Shown: piece by piece, positions 1 to 12,849 of the stretch
Layout: the number at the start of each line of letters is the position of its first letter
Position numbering within the stretch: the first letter of the stretch is position 1
Origin: Octopus sinensis
Taxonomy: Eukaryota
DNA: 64,000 bases
Assembly: GCF_006345805.1 (NCBI RefSeq)
Contig: NC_043007.1
Span: 51,150,001 to 51,214,000 of the forward strand
Reading direction: 5' to 3'
The notes under the pieces: model-generated
The model's database searches: none
Told to the model about the DNA's origin: nothing
What the model saw: the letters and a program-made list of their open reading frames with translations, nothing else
Translations under genes and position numbers: made by a program

Positions 1-22
1 TATATATATATATATATATATA

Positions 23-571
23 GTAAAGAAAAATAAGTTGGCTAGCAGCAAGCTGTTTCGCCTCATACCGAAGGAATTAGAAATGGCAGTCAAAGACCGT
101 TTTTTCCATTTCTATAAGTGGAGATTCCAAAAACGAAGGCCCTTGCGGCTCACATACACAAAACCGGAGTGGCAAATATACGAATTCAGTCACTTACCGT
201 TAATAGCGAACACGGTGTTTCTGGATCACAAACATATAAAAAAAAGAGGAGTTTGAATTCCGTCATCAGCGCTATATTCGATAGCTTTATCAAAAGCCAC
301 CAGCCCTCACTTCTGACCCAGCGACATCAGGTAGTGGGGGGAAGTGCGCAGATGTTAAAACCAAGTAACGACTGGGAACGTAAATTTTCCCTCCAAAATT
401 CTGCCATGCGCGCCTTCTGGGTAATCGTAATGGAATGAGGAATCCACATGGTACTACAATAAAAATGGTAAATAATTTTCCTGTGGTTTTTCATGTAACC
501 AACAATTATTTACCGGTAAATTTCGGTATGTAAATACGACAAAATAATTGTCAAGACCTTTGTAAGGTTCA

Positions 572-573
<2 letters not shown>
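23..573 (-). mobile_element. Penelope-like terminal (pLTR-type) fragment between two (TA)n arrays, carrying a hammerhead motif
   Basis: Unique sequence bounded by (TA)n at 1-22 and 574-615; contains a complete HHR-like fold at 203-275 on the minus strand. No coding similarity seen, so the PLE assignment rests on the HHR. Confidence 0.45.
203..275 (-). ncRNA. Type I hammerhead ribozyme-like motif (GUU cleavage triplet)
   Basis: Minus strand reads ATAGCG-CTGATGA-c-GGA...TCC-a-GAAA-CA-ccg-TG-TT-CGCTAT: 6-bp stem I, intact core, stem II (C.A first pair, GGA/TCC plus CAAAC/GTTTG), 3-bp stem III. Confidence 0.7.
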
Positions 574-617
<44 letters not shown>

Positions 618-1101
618 CCATCCTCAAGTATAACAGTGTGTGTGTGTGTGTGTGTGAGTGTATGTGTGTGTGCGTGCGTGCGTGTGTGTGTGTGTGTATG
701 TGTATAGGGTCATCATCTGTAAAATATTGCAAGGATTCTCTATATCAGTTTCATGGAATGACCACATGCAAATAGTCACATATACACTTGGAATACACTC
801 AGAAACAGACACACGCATGCGCACATGAACAGTAAAGAAATACACACATACAAACACACTTCTGTGTTAATGTGACATACAAACCACTATATAAACGCAA
901 GTTTATGCACACACTCATATCTACATACACCCGTATATATGCAGACATACATATATATTACATTTGCTCACATCAAACAAAACAAGTAAATTACAAACTC
1001 TAAGAGCTATCTTAACTTAAACAAAAGAGCCTTTTCCCTTTGTCAGTGAACAGATGGAATTGGGCAAAACAAGAATAATCCGAAGTACTTGAACAACACA
1101 C

Positions 1102-1320
1102 ACAATATAAATACATGCATATATATACTAGTTGACATACTCGGTAATTCCCGGAAAAGCGGGGCTTGTCCCTTGGTTCTGTTCTCATAATTGTTTCGCT
1201 AATCCAATAACAATATAAATACATGCATATATATACTAGTTGACGTACCCGGTAATTCCCGGAAAAGCAGAGCTTGTCCCTTGGTTCTGTTCTCATAATT
1301 GTTTCGCTAATCCAATAACA
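1102..1320. repeat. 108-bp tandem duplication containing a Helitron 3' terminus plus flank
   Basis: CTAG at 1128-1131 and again at 1236-1239; the two units differ at only a few positions. Confidence 0.9.
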
Positions 1321-2520
1321 ACAATACAAAGTATGTAGCCCTTAAGACGGTTTTTGTGCATTTACGAAGAATACCGAATTGTTTTACACAAGATCTTGTT
1401 TTTAGGAATCCTCATCAAGTTGTGAATACCCAAATTGTAAAGTCAGTTACGTAATAACCACATGTGGAATTGCCTTCCACTCGGGTGTCCGGGTCAAGTA
1501 ATGCTTCATTGTAAATGGCGTTATTGAACATGGCAACTTCCGCTGAGATTTGCCTTTGAATCCTTTCTAGATGTCCTCTGCCATGCTGGTGTTGTGGATC
1601 ACCCAAAGCTTGTGAAGCTCACGGAAGCCTCAACACGATAGAAAATAGCTGGCGCAGTTGACTTAGTGCTGTGCTGACTGTTGCCTCCTCCACTGTCTGG
1701 TCCCAGTGAGCATCGTCCTCCAGTGATCCATGTTTGGCGCAGTGTATACCCGCCCGATGCCCCCACTGCTGAAGGCAGCATCTTCTTCCCAGCATGTTCC
1801 TTGCTTGCGTCTGTTCTATCTGTTGTGTGCCCATGGATGAGTATACGGGGACCCTTACATACAACAGTGTTCGGACAAGTAGATCACATTGGCATGATTT
1901 GAAGAAAGCTGTCAAAGTGCGTTCTTATGGATTCAGAACTACGTTTCGAGAATTGTCGTCTGTGAAATATACACGCTGGCCATTTTCAAGATGTACAAAT
2001 ATATTTTAAGAATGTGTTCCTACATGTAAACAGGGTGTGACCTTTATGTTAACAGTGCATTTGTTTAAAAGCAGAACAGTTCTTCATGTAGCGCTTGTCA
2101 ATTGGCTGAAATGACATGAAGGACATCGTCATTCATGGCATATTTGGGAATAAGTCACTAACCGAAATGAGAGGATCTATTGTTTAGGAAAATACTATTC
2201 ACTCGTTTAAGGGTTGTACTGGATAATTTGCGAAAATAACTCTAACAGTTCAAATACTAAGAAATTAGCAGACTCAATTTCATTTATACCAAACAATATA
2301 GGAAAATGAATGGGTTATTTTCCTTGGCTATTAAAATAAAATATATTAGTTATATAAAAGGATCCCTTCTAGGGGTCCTATTGTCGATTTTTCAACAATC
2401 TGAATATACCATGAGTTTCCAGACATGAATTCTACTCAGGTGTCAAGTTTCATCAAACTCGATAAAACGATGTAGGAGGAGTTAGACTTTGCGTACTAAC
2501 ACATCCACATATATAGTGGA
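1128..2520 (-). mobile_element. Internally deleted Helitron (about 1.4 kb)
   Basis: Minus strand begins A|TC at 2520 and ends with a CCGG-loop-CCGG hairpin then CTAG|T at 1128; contains a RepHel remnant. Confidence 0.75.
1415..2000 (-). pseudogene. Helitron Rep/helicase remnant
   Basis: Translated motifs HLENGQRVYF, TLTAFF..C..D, LEDDAHWDQTVEEA...QLRQLF and YNEAL are typical of animal Helitron RepHel; broken by stops and frameshifts. Confidence 0.85.
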
Positions 2521-2664
2521 TATGTATTCGGTTAGAGGTTGTGTTAATCTCATGAGTCTGCCATAATTAATCCATAAACACATATAAAACATCCTAGGTA
2601 TATTATTTTCCCTCTGAAGATATTATGGTCAGGTCATGTCAATTTAATATTTACTTAATATTTA

Positions 2665-2749
2665 ATACGGTTCTATATTTAAGAGATGAGGAATTATGTA
2701 CATTATTTACATTTGACGGATATTTGTCCTCATCTTTGTTTGTTGTTAA
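2665..2749 (-). mobile_element. 3' fragment of the tRNA/HHR element family (see 63695-64000)
   Basis: Reverse complement matches TTAACAACAAAC..GATGAGGACAAATATCCGTCAAATGTAAATAATGTACATAATTCCTCATCTCTTAAATATAGAA of the copies at 46.2 and 63.9 kb. Confidence 0.9.
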
Positions 2750-3462
2750 AAGAAGCAGAGAGAGATTAATGGACGGCTGAAAGCAGTTTGGAGGGAGTAG
2801 GCGGAGGTAATCTTTCAAACGGTGGTGGATAGTGAGGAGGTAGGATTTGTAATCCGGCATGGTGGAATAGTGAAAAAAAGAGAGAAAAAAAGAAAAAAAG
2901 ATAAGAAAGGAGAAGAAAAGGGGAAAAAAAAACAAACGTTCCAAAAAAACAACAAAAAAAAAACAATCGTTCGAAAAAACTAGATAAAAAAAGCGGTAGG
3001 GGCAGAAAATAAAGGCGGAGAAGATGGGACAAATGGAAAAAGGAAAGAAAGAAAGGAAGCAGAGAGAGGGAGAGGCAAAAAAGGAGGGTGCAGGCAGAGG
3101 AAACAGAGTATGGACATCCAGAGAAGGAAGAAACGACAGAAAGGAGGACAAAAAATGCAGGAAATTGTGGAAAGTATGAAATGAATGTAAAAAAAGATAA
3201 TATAAGAGAAAATAAAATAAAACGAACGGGACAGTTTATACGAACAAGTTCAAGGTTGAGAGTTCAAGGTTAAAAATGTATAGACGTCGTGGTATAGTTT
3301 TTAAGGATTTCACATCAATAACAAAGTCCCTTTGATCCGTGAAAGGGAGGTGCGGCCAGTGGTAAGTATCCAGGAGGTAAAGAATATCCAATGCAGATGT
3401 AAGAGTTGATAGTGGTGTTGGTAGAATATAGGATGAAAGTGAGACCACGTGAGCGCGTAATA

Positions 3463-3600
3463 TATAACGGGAAGCTTTATGAAAATAAACAAAAGACGCT
3501 CAGGAATATAAATAAAACAAGTCTTTTACGTTTCGAGCCTACGCTCTTCAACAGAAAGATACACAGAAAAGAAACACGGAGAGAAACAAGGAGAGAAAAA
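3463..3600 (-). mobile_element. Short dispersed repeat (second copy 49456-49620) with a variant minimal HHR
   Basis: ATAACGGGAAGCTTTATGAAAATAAACAAAAGACG...GTCTTTTACGTTTCGAGCCTACGCTCTTCAAC shared with 49456-49620. Confidence 0.8.
3522..3559 (-). ncRNA. Minimal type I HHR-like motif with CUGUUGA core variant
   Basis: TCTTT-CTGTTGA-a-GAGC-gtag-GCTC-GAAAC-GTA-AAAGA: 5-bp stem I, 4-bp stem II, palindromic ACGT stem III; A6 replaced by U. Confidence 0.6.
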
Positions 3601-5646
3601 AATGCGTGCAGAAGCTAGCGATTCAACATAGCGATCTGATTCTGGCTAGAAGTCAGAGATCAAACGTGAGATGCAAGAGCGAAAATAGGGGACAAAATAT
3701 ATAAACACATATACATGTAAATAGAAAGAAAGCTAAGACTGAACATTTTCAGATGATGAATATTCAAGTTTAAATATATAGGTATTTATATATCAACAGA
3801 GCAAAGTTACACAGAATACAAAGACACAGGAAACATAAAGAGTAGAAGGTGTGGTGTTACAAGTCCGACAGATGTTTCTAAGGTCTCAGAGTCATTTCAT
3901 AATGTTGGCAGATATATTTTACCAGACTATGCAAATAAGTATTGGATAGATCCACCCTCCGTTTTCAGGGTCTTTAAGAGTGTAGTTTTAAATCATTTAA
4001 ATGTTTTCTATATTGTGAACTTCTGGATCTCAGCGTTTGAGACTTCATATGAAATGTGGGCTTCGCCAACATGTGTGTGTGTGTGTGTGTGAGAGAGAGG
4101 GGGAGAGAAAGAGAAAGAGAGAGGGAGTGGGGGAGAGAGAGAAAGAGAAAGAGAGAGAGGGGGAGAGAGAGAAAGAGAAAGAGAGAGAGGGGGAGGGAGA
4201 CAGAGAGAGTGTACGTATGCCTTGAATTACCACTAGTACAGAACTCATTATGGCCGTACTTATAAATTCGCTTACTTTACTCAGTTATATTAAAGTTGAC
4301 CTCTGATAATAAATAGATAAATGAGTAGCAGATACTTCAAGCACATTCTTAGTTTTCTTCCACACGACTAGTTGTTGCTGCCTCCCTACCTCTCTCTTTC
4401 TATCTCTCTTTCTTTCTTTCTCTCTCTCACTCTTATATTCCACTCTTCTTCCTGTCATTTCTCTAAAAGGTCACAGGTCATTCTTGGCCAATTTTTTAAG
4501 TATTTTATATTCATGTGTCAAAATGAAATATAAAAATTAATACATATCGTTATTTGTTGACATGAAGAATGATGGTCAGTTGTGAATTGGTGTGTGGTAA
4601 AGAGTATGGATTACCAGAGATTGCAGAAAGGTTGTAATGATTATTGTCGGAAAAGAAACTGTTGTGCAGTAGAGAGATTGTAGTGTTCATGACAAAATAA
4701 CAGTCCTGAGTTCAAACTCTGCTGAGGCCTATTTTGCATTTTATCCTCCTGATAAAATATAGTATCAGTACAGAACAGGTTTCGATTTAATATGATATAA
4801 TTTGCCTACTGAATGACTTCGCTTCCCTATTCTCATCGTTCGATAAAATAAATACCGCACAGTGATACAGAAGTAGATCCTGGGAGTAGGTAGAGTAATA
4901 GAGGAATAAGAGTAACAGGGTTAGAGGAATATAATATCCGGATAGTTACAGGGTGGTGGATGGGGGAAGTAAGTGAGTTACACGGGTGTCGACTGTCACT
5001 TGTGCCTATCCAGGGTAAAATATAATACCAGTTATATGCTGGCGTAGATGGAATTAACTGTGATCTTTCCGTAATGGGTCGAACCTCAGACCTTATGATT
5101 ACGATGTGAAATCCTTCACCACTTGGCTATGTCTCTGCCCAGCCTCTGCAACCAAAATGGAATTTTAAAAATATGATATAATATGAAATAAAACTGTTTC
5201 TCTGAAGTCATCAAATACGATAGATATAGTAGCTAAAAGTTTCTGTGAATGTAGTCTGGAATAAGCCAACACAAAATAGGTGGGATGGTCACGGCGGGAA
5301 CGTTTTTTTCTTTTTATTATACGTCTATGAAGTTTGTGCCAGAAATAAACAATAATAGCGACAATTTCTCTGTTTTCCATATAACGTTTCGTCAACCGCA
5401 CTAGCCTCAAGTGGAATAGAGTGCATGAACCTAAGTGAAGCCTTAAATTAGCTTGTTCCCTCCGCCCTGGCCCCTTTGGGTGCCAATAATCTGACTAATT
5501 GCCTAATGAAGCTGTCTGGAAATTTACCCGTCAAATGTTCCCACCCATCGCTCTCATTGGTCGATGTGTATGTATGAGTATGTATGTGCGTGTGCGACTG
5601 TTCTGTGTGCGTGTGCATTTATTACTATGTTTTCTACTCCGTGTGT

Positions 5647-5725
<79 letters not shown>

Positions 5726-5944
5726 ACTAACAGTGATGCATAAAAGTGAGTTCACTTCCTAGAAAATATGACTACTGGCATTTTTACATTCTCTTTCTCG
5801 TTATGCAGAAATTAACTACCCTCTGTCTGTCTCTGTCTTCCCCTGCATTCAAACACATACGCACACACATAAAAAGGCAAGCATGCACAAGAACATTATA
5901 TGTGTGTCTGTGGCTGTGTAATATATGTATGAATATGTATGATA

Positions 5945-5990
<46 letters not shown>

Positions 5991-6070
5991 ATATATATAT
6001 ACATATATACACACACACATATATGCATTTATGTGTGTATGTATGTATCTATATATATATATATATTATA

Positions 6071-6473
6071 TATCAAGGTCTATTACTATCACTAAAAGCC
6101 ACACGCTTTAATGGGACTCTAAAGTCAAACTACTTCAATAAGTACACGTACCGACTTCAAGAGAATGAAACTACTAGAAATTCCTTCAATAAAAAAAGGT
6201 TTAGTCGTATTTCGAGGTCACCATGTATTACCATGTTCTCCGCTCATCAGTACGAACAAAACCGGGAAATATAAATATTTAAACATCTGTACATACCATA
6301 TGAATACAATAGATCCAGCAGAGCATATACAAATGTTTACCCTTATATATCCATTTAAAGGGATATATTTCTACTAAGTTTCATTTCCTCGAAGTCGGCG
6401 TATGTGTAAAACTTATTGAAGTAGTTTGACTTTAGAGTCCCATTGCTTTCACTGATACTAATAGCCTTTGATA
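6071..6473. mobile_element. MITE-like fold-back element with about 110-bp imperfect terminal inverted repeats
   Basis: 6071-6181 is the reverse complement of 6368-6473, including a perfect AATGGGACTCTAAAGTCAAACTACTTCAATAAGT core; TA-rich flanks. Confidence 0.7.
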
Positions 6474-6510
6474 TTATAACGTATTTCATATATAAAGGAA
6501 AAATATTAAA

Positions 6511-6725
6511 GCGGCGAGCTGGCAGAAACGTTAGCATACCGGGCGAAATGCGTAGCCGTATTTCATCTGTCCTTACGTTCCGAGTTCAAGTTCCGCCGAG
6601 GTCGACTTTGCCTTTCATCCTTTCGGGGTCGATATATTAAGTACCAGTTACGCAGTGGGGTCGATGTAATCGTCTTAATCTCTTTGTCTGTCCTTGTTTG
6701 GCCCCTTGTGGGTAGTAAAGAAATA
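6511..6725 (+). mobile_element. tRNA-derived SINE, family S1 (GGCGGCGAGCTGGCAGAA head)
   Basis: tRNA-like head with GAGTTCAA B-box-like motif; near-identical to copies at 41311 and 45176. Confidence 0.85.
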
Positions 6726-6869
6726 CATTTATAAAGGAAAAAAAATTATATACTTTGTTGTAATTTTTTTCTTTCATTCTTTTTATACGCCGGCTACTCG
6801 ATAAAATCTTATATTGAGAAGAAAATGAGCTCGTTACTCAATGTCAACAAAGGGGGTTGTCTCCCCTTA

Positions 6870-7200
6870 GCGATCGATCACCGATTGTGTTGCCCTTCTG
6901 TCTCGTAGGTTACAATAGCCTAGTAAGAATTTCCTGAAATTGCGAGTACAGTCCGAAAAACCTGTTCTGGAGTTCAAAATATTTCTTGGGTCGAGGGACT
7001 CCTTTATGATTCTCGCCTGTTTCGCTATGCATAACTTACAGCGGCTGGTCCTGTCAATGTAGGGGTCTGGATCCTGTAGGATTTTCCGTGATATTGCGTA
7101 TGGAATCCCATCGTCTATTAGTTGCCATACATGGCAAGCTAATGAGATGGCGAATTTCCTTTCCGGTATCCCGAAGAAGGATCGATGGTTGGAGAAGTGT
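6870..7200 (-). pseudogene. Penelope-like GIY-YIG endonuclease C-terminal remnant
   Basis: Minus frame LACHVWQLIDDGIPYAISRKIL..PDPY...SRCKLC......LNSR.....R...KFLL matches the PLE pattern LS.H.W.LK...I.Y.I.W.IL....Y.....C.LC......LN.R.E....CRH..KFLL. Confidence 0.75.
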
Positions 7201-8549
7201 TATTTGAATGACTTCCCGGAACATACGTATATATGTGCGTGCGTAGTAATATAAGAGTATATGTCCATGAGTGTCTGTGTGTTTATGTATGAGTGTGAAT
7301 GTGTGCGTGTGTGTACGTCTGTGCACGTGGGTGTATTTCATTAAATTCAAATACTCTAATATGTATTTAGCTGAATTCGTCGTTTATTTCAAAACATTGC
7401 GCTTTTGAGGTCTCTATTTTAACCATGTTCCTATGAACAGGTAATTCCAACTCACACGATTATGATAGGTCATCCCTAAATTTCGACGCTATCAAGTTAA
7501 CAAAGGTGAGTAACAACAAGCACATGTACTTAGGTATGTGCATAGACACAAATATAGTGATTGCCGAAACCATATCTCCAAAGTGATCTTCAGGCAAAAG
7601 TTTCCACCGGAAGATCGCAGTGGCGAAATAATCGAGTCGTGAGACAAAGTTTCGGCTTCAATACAAAACATATCCTCCTCTACAACATTTATTGAACACT
7701 CCTGTCTTATTCATTCAACATAAATCAACTAATGTATTTAAGTGTGTGTGTGTATGTGTGTTATCTTCTAGTATCAGCGTTATATGCTACTGTTGTTATC
7801 TTTCATGTTGTTGTTGATGTCATTTAGTACTACTTAAACTCTGATAAAGTAGACCTGTAATCCAATGCATTCCAATCGTGACCATCCAATCATTTTATAA
7901 CTATACTAAACGTCATTCAATGTGCTCCCTCTTTTCCCAAGAGCGTAGAATATAAGTAAAGAAAGAGAGATCTTGCTGTTATTTCTAGTAAAGTGAACAA
8001 TCAGCTAGTCCGGCGATGTAGTGTCGGTGTACTGAGGTGGTAGTGGTGGTGGTGGTGGTGGTGGTACTCGTCGTCATCGTCGTCGTTGTCGTCGTCGTGG
8101 GGTTGGTGCTGGTGCTGGTGGGAGGTGGTAATGCAATGGGAGTTTGTAGTTGCAATGTTGGGTGATGATGGAATACTAGGGGGTGAAAGCCCAGAAACTC
8201 ACAACGTGGAGTTCACAGAAAGATAAGAGTCTTCAATAAATACTCTATCCCATTTTAACCCTAGTGCATCTACCCGAACACCCGCATTCAACACAACCAC
8301 ACTGCTACGCTTACTCGGCTACACAAAGTAACAGTGCAAGCAAAAATCCACATTGCTATCTGCTATATAATTTACACACATACATACATGCGTATATGTG
8401 CATGTGTCTGGATACATGTATGTATCTGCATATGCATGTCTGTAAATATGTGTGCATGTGTCATATATAGATTTATAGATATGTAGATATATATATATAT
8501 ATATATATCAATACTATATTATACATATTTGATGTATGTACACGCACAA

Positions 8550-8580
<31 letters not shown>

Positions 8581-8718
8581 CATATATATGTGTATGTGTG
8601 TGTGTGTGTGTGTGTGTCTGTAGCTCCCTGTAACTCTCTCTCTCTCTTGCTATATATATACATTTATATATGTGTGTATGTGCGTAAGTATGTATACACA
8701 CGAGTGTATGCAATTGTA

Positions 8719-8783
<65 letters not shown>

Positions 8784-9083
8784 GATAAAACTTACTAAGA
8801 AATGGATGCGTGCGTTCCGTCATATAATAACAACTTAATAAATAAAACATATGCAAATATACATAGATATATGTACGTACCTACATCTACATGTATATAT
8901 ACATGCATATATGGGTACAGGACAACAAAAAAACGTCGAAAACAATGAGAAACGAAAACATAAACACAAAACCAAGGAACTGGACATTTTTCTTAAACAA
9001 CGAAAAATAGAGTACAGGACATACAACACAAGGAAAATTCCCCTTCTTCAGCCGCCTCTGTTTCATCTACTCCGCGTATTTGT

Positions 9084-9123
<40 letters not shown>

Positions 9124-9489
9124 ATATATATATACATATACACACACACATATATATACACAAATATACACATAAATGTACTTATATGCGTTTATATATA
9201 CATATATATATATATAAATAGATGCACATCTGTGTGTGTGTAAGTATGTATACATATATGTATGAATGTATATATATACACACATAGAAATGAACATACA
9301 TGTGTGCGCGCGCGCGTATACATATATGCAAACATACACACACTTTTATCACATACATCTCTGTTAAAAAATATGCTATCATGATAAACTAATATATCTT
9401 GTAACAACTTTATCTGGGTGGGCGTTGTAAGGAGAAGGGAACGGTGGTGTGGATGAACGATAGGGAAAGGAAAAAGAGGAGACGGAGAA

Positions 9490-9630
9490 GGCGGAGGAGG
9501 AAGAGGAAGAGGAGGAGGAGGAAGAGGAGGAGGAAGAGGAGGAAGAGGAGAAGAAGAAGAAGAAGAAGAAGAAGAAGAAGAAGAAGAAGAAGAAGAAGAA
9601 GATGATGAAAAAGAAGAAGAAGAGGAAGAG
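9490..9630. repeat. (GAG)n/(GAA)n trinucleotide microsatellite
   Basis: Direct reading; source of the poly-S/poly-L ORFs. Confidence 0.95.
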
Positions 9631-10091
9631 GGAATAGTGTTAAGTTGGGTGCCATGGGGAGGTGATGGCAGATGGGACCGGAGTGATATAATTAATAAAA
9701 GAACTGGAGTCAACAATTAAAAAAAAAAAGCATCTTTGCTTTAGTCATGGTATTACAATTTCAGACATAATATCGTGGAATCGGTAAATGTTACTGTTCC
9801 ATATTCAAGGGTGGCGATTTCAACATATACTGTACATTAACAGCACATCTCTCGACCTGCTAGAAATAGAAGTTAAATCGTCATTAAGTCAAACATTACT
9901 TCCTTTAATACAAGCAGTGTGTGTATAAAAAGGTCTGGTAACACCTCCAGCACACATATATGGAAAGGACTGCAACTACGTATAGGCACACCAACGAAAT
10001 TCTTCAGAAAGCAGTCTTCTAAAACCAACAATTTTAACAATAAATCGGTTTCAAATTTTGACACTAGGCCAGCAATTTCGGAGAGGAGCAT

Positions 10092-10230
10092 TATATCGAC
10101 TTCAGTATTCAACTGGTACTTATTTTATCAACCCCGAAAGGATGAAAAGCAAAGTAGACCTCGGCGAAATATGAACTTAGAACGTGAAGACGAACGGAAT
10201 GCCGCGAAATATTTTCCCTGGTGTGCTAAC
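10092..10230 (-). mobile_element. SINE S1, partial
   Basis: Reverse complement of the GAGGTCGACTTTGCCTTTCATCCTTTCGGGGT..AAGTACCAGTT core. Confidence 0.7.
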
Positions 10231-11341
10231 ATACATATAAAAGAAACTGAAAGTTAATATTTATCCCCATTCAAGCGTGGATGTTCTGTGAGAACAAAAT
10301 TTTACTGTGGTAGATACCATAAGAGAAACTCAAGTTGCTTTTTCATGCAAATGCTCTGTTGCTTAGATCGCTAGCGGGGAGATAAATCCCCACCATCTCT
10401 AGTGCCGAAACCACCAGCTCACGTCATTTCGATTTCCCTAGGTTTCGTCGATGATGGATGCTCGACAACTAGAGATAGCAGCTACTCATCTTCCCGCCAG
10501 CGATATATAGGAAAACAGTGCCAGAACCGGCGCTGGTGTTGCGATTAATCGCTCAGCTTGTTAAAAAAGAAACTGTTTATAAAAACAAACACTATACATA
10601 CGCATTCATGAGGCTACATGAGCATGAATGTTTATGTGTGTGTGTGTGTTTGTGTGTGTGTATGTGTGTGTGTGTTGTATGTGTGTGTGTTTGTGTGTGT
10701 AAGTGTGTGTGTGTGTGTATGTGTGCATGTGTGAGTGTTGTGTGTACACATATACTGTATTGTATACACATTTCTGTAATACGTATTTGTGTATTTTGAT
10801 CGATGTACAAGAAAAGGGCAAAGATTACAGCATTGAGGTCAGTTAGGAAGAGGAAAAAAATGTAGATTCACCACAAAAGATTAGGATGGACAGAAAATAT
10901 AAATAAATATATATACATATCATTTATGATATTATGCATACATATATATACATGCATGCATGCACGTATACACACACTTACACATATACACACACATGAA
11001 GGATAAGTGAGAGAAGATCAACAAGATGAATAACAGGAGTAAGATGTAGAAAGAAACGATAATAGAAGATAAAAAGATGTTACGATGATGATGATGATGA
11101 TGATAGGAATGGTAAGGATAATGTGTATAGGGGCTGGATGGGTGAAATTACCCTCCCTCGAAAACAATAATGCGTCATGATGCTGTCACTTAAATTGGTC
11201 TGCACTTACAGAGTTCTTAGTGAATGCCATTTTTGACATAAACCAGCGGTCACAATTTCATGCTTACACTCATATATACATAGAAAATAAGGTTATGTGG
11301 TTATGTGTGCGTGTTTGCTTATGTGTGTGGTATATACATAG

Positions 11342-11401
<60 letters not shown>

Positions 11402-11702
11402 ATATATATATAATACATACATACATACATACATACATACATACATACATACATACATACATACATACATACATACATACATACATGCACACCCATATTA
11501 CTGACTCCAATGGATGTAACACGTTTCTCTGAAAGATTTTCAAGAATTCTCCGTTGATTTGTATGTAGTTCCCGGTCTACTTTGTTCTCTTCGAGTAATA
11601 CCAAACTCTCTCTCTCTCTCTCTCTCACTTCTTCCCTCTCCCTCTCTCTCTATCCCTCACTCTCCCCTTCTGTCTCTTCCAACATATTCTTACACATACA
11701 CA

Positions 11703-12780
11703 CACGAGATATTGGGCTGAAAAGTTTATAGGCTGACTATGATGGAGTGATGCTAGAGCTGTGAAATCCTACATACACTAAGTTCAAACTTCTTATTGAT
11801 TACTTCATTGTTTCTTTCCAGGTAAATTGATATCTGATTGTTCAAAGAAGACTACAAAAATAACCAGTAGCGATTTCTCTTTAAAATGGACAAAATTTGG
11901 CATCGTGGTGCCATAATGTACCTGCAGAAAAAGGGTTTAGCCCCCAAAAACATTTATGCTGAGATGGATGCTACATTAGGAGATAACGATCCAGATTTAT
12001 CGACAGTGTAAAAGTTGGCAATTCATTTTTGCAGGTGAAGGGACAATCTTGAAGGTGACCCCATATTTGAATATTCTGCAACTGTCTCCACCGAGGAAAA
12101 TATTGATCGTGTTCACTAGATGGCGATGGAAGAGACGTGACTGATTATAAATCAAATAGCCAATGTTATTAGTATATTCTATGAGTGAGTTGAGAATATT
12201 CTGTCCAATGAGCTGGGCATGACGAGTTTTCTGCTCGGTGGGTGTCACATCTGACATCTGATCAAAAGTGGATCAGGCTGATCACATCAAGGAAAAATCT
12301 GACAGTATTTAAGGTAGATCCAGCTGGTTTCCTTGAATGTTTCCTAAACCAGAATGAGTATTGGGTTGAACAGAGATAATCCATGCAGTGGAAAAACTCC
12401 TCCTCACCTGTTCCACAGAAGACCATTGTGATATTGTCTATCTTCAGAGGAGCAACATCATCAATGGAGAGTACTATGTCAACGTGCCGAGGCAGTTACG
12501 AAAGGTTATCAAGACCAAACACCCAGGAAACTGATGAGATGGGTCTTGTTTCATCAGGACAATGCTCTAGTACACAAGTCCTTGGTTTCATTGGTTGCTG
12601 TGCGGGATTGTCACTTTGAACTGGCTGATCACTCTCCCTATTCTATTGATTTGGTCCCATCTGACTATCATTTGCTTCCCAACATGAAAAAAATTTGACC
12701 AGAAACCAGTATGGCAGTGATAATGATAACTTTTTTGACGAGCGCGATGAAAGCTTCTTCACCAATGGGATCCAAGAACT

Positions 12781-12783
<3 letters not shown>
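11703..12783 (+). mobile_element. Mariner transposon remnant, truncated at a (TA)n array
   Basis: MDKIWHRGAIMYLQKKGL.PK.IYAEM N-terminus, QWKNSSSP and HSPYSIDLVPSDYHLLPNMKK (HPPYSPDLAPSDY motif); many stops. Confidence 0.85.

Positions 12784-12849
<66 letters not shown>

Noticed and set aside
6185-6260. CTGATGA...CTCGAAAT on the minus strand
   Set aside because: No NUH triplet or stem III; stem II mismatched.
9780-9870. GGDFNI peptide suggesting an APE endonuclease, and an apparent splice acceptor
   Set aside because: A single short motif, and the adjoining sequence is the common GACCTGCTAGAAATAG SINE core.
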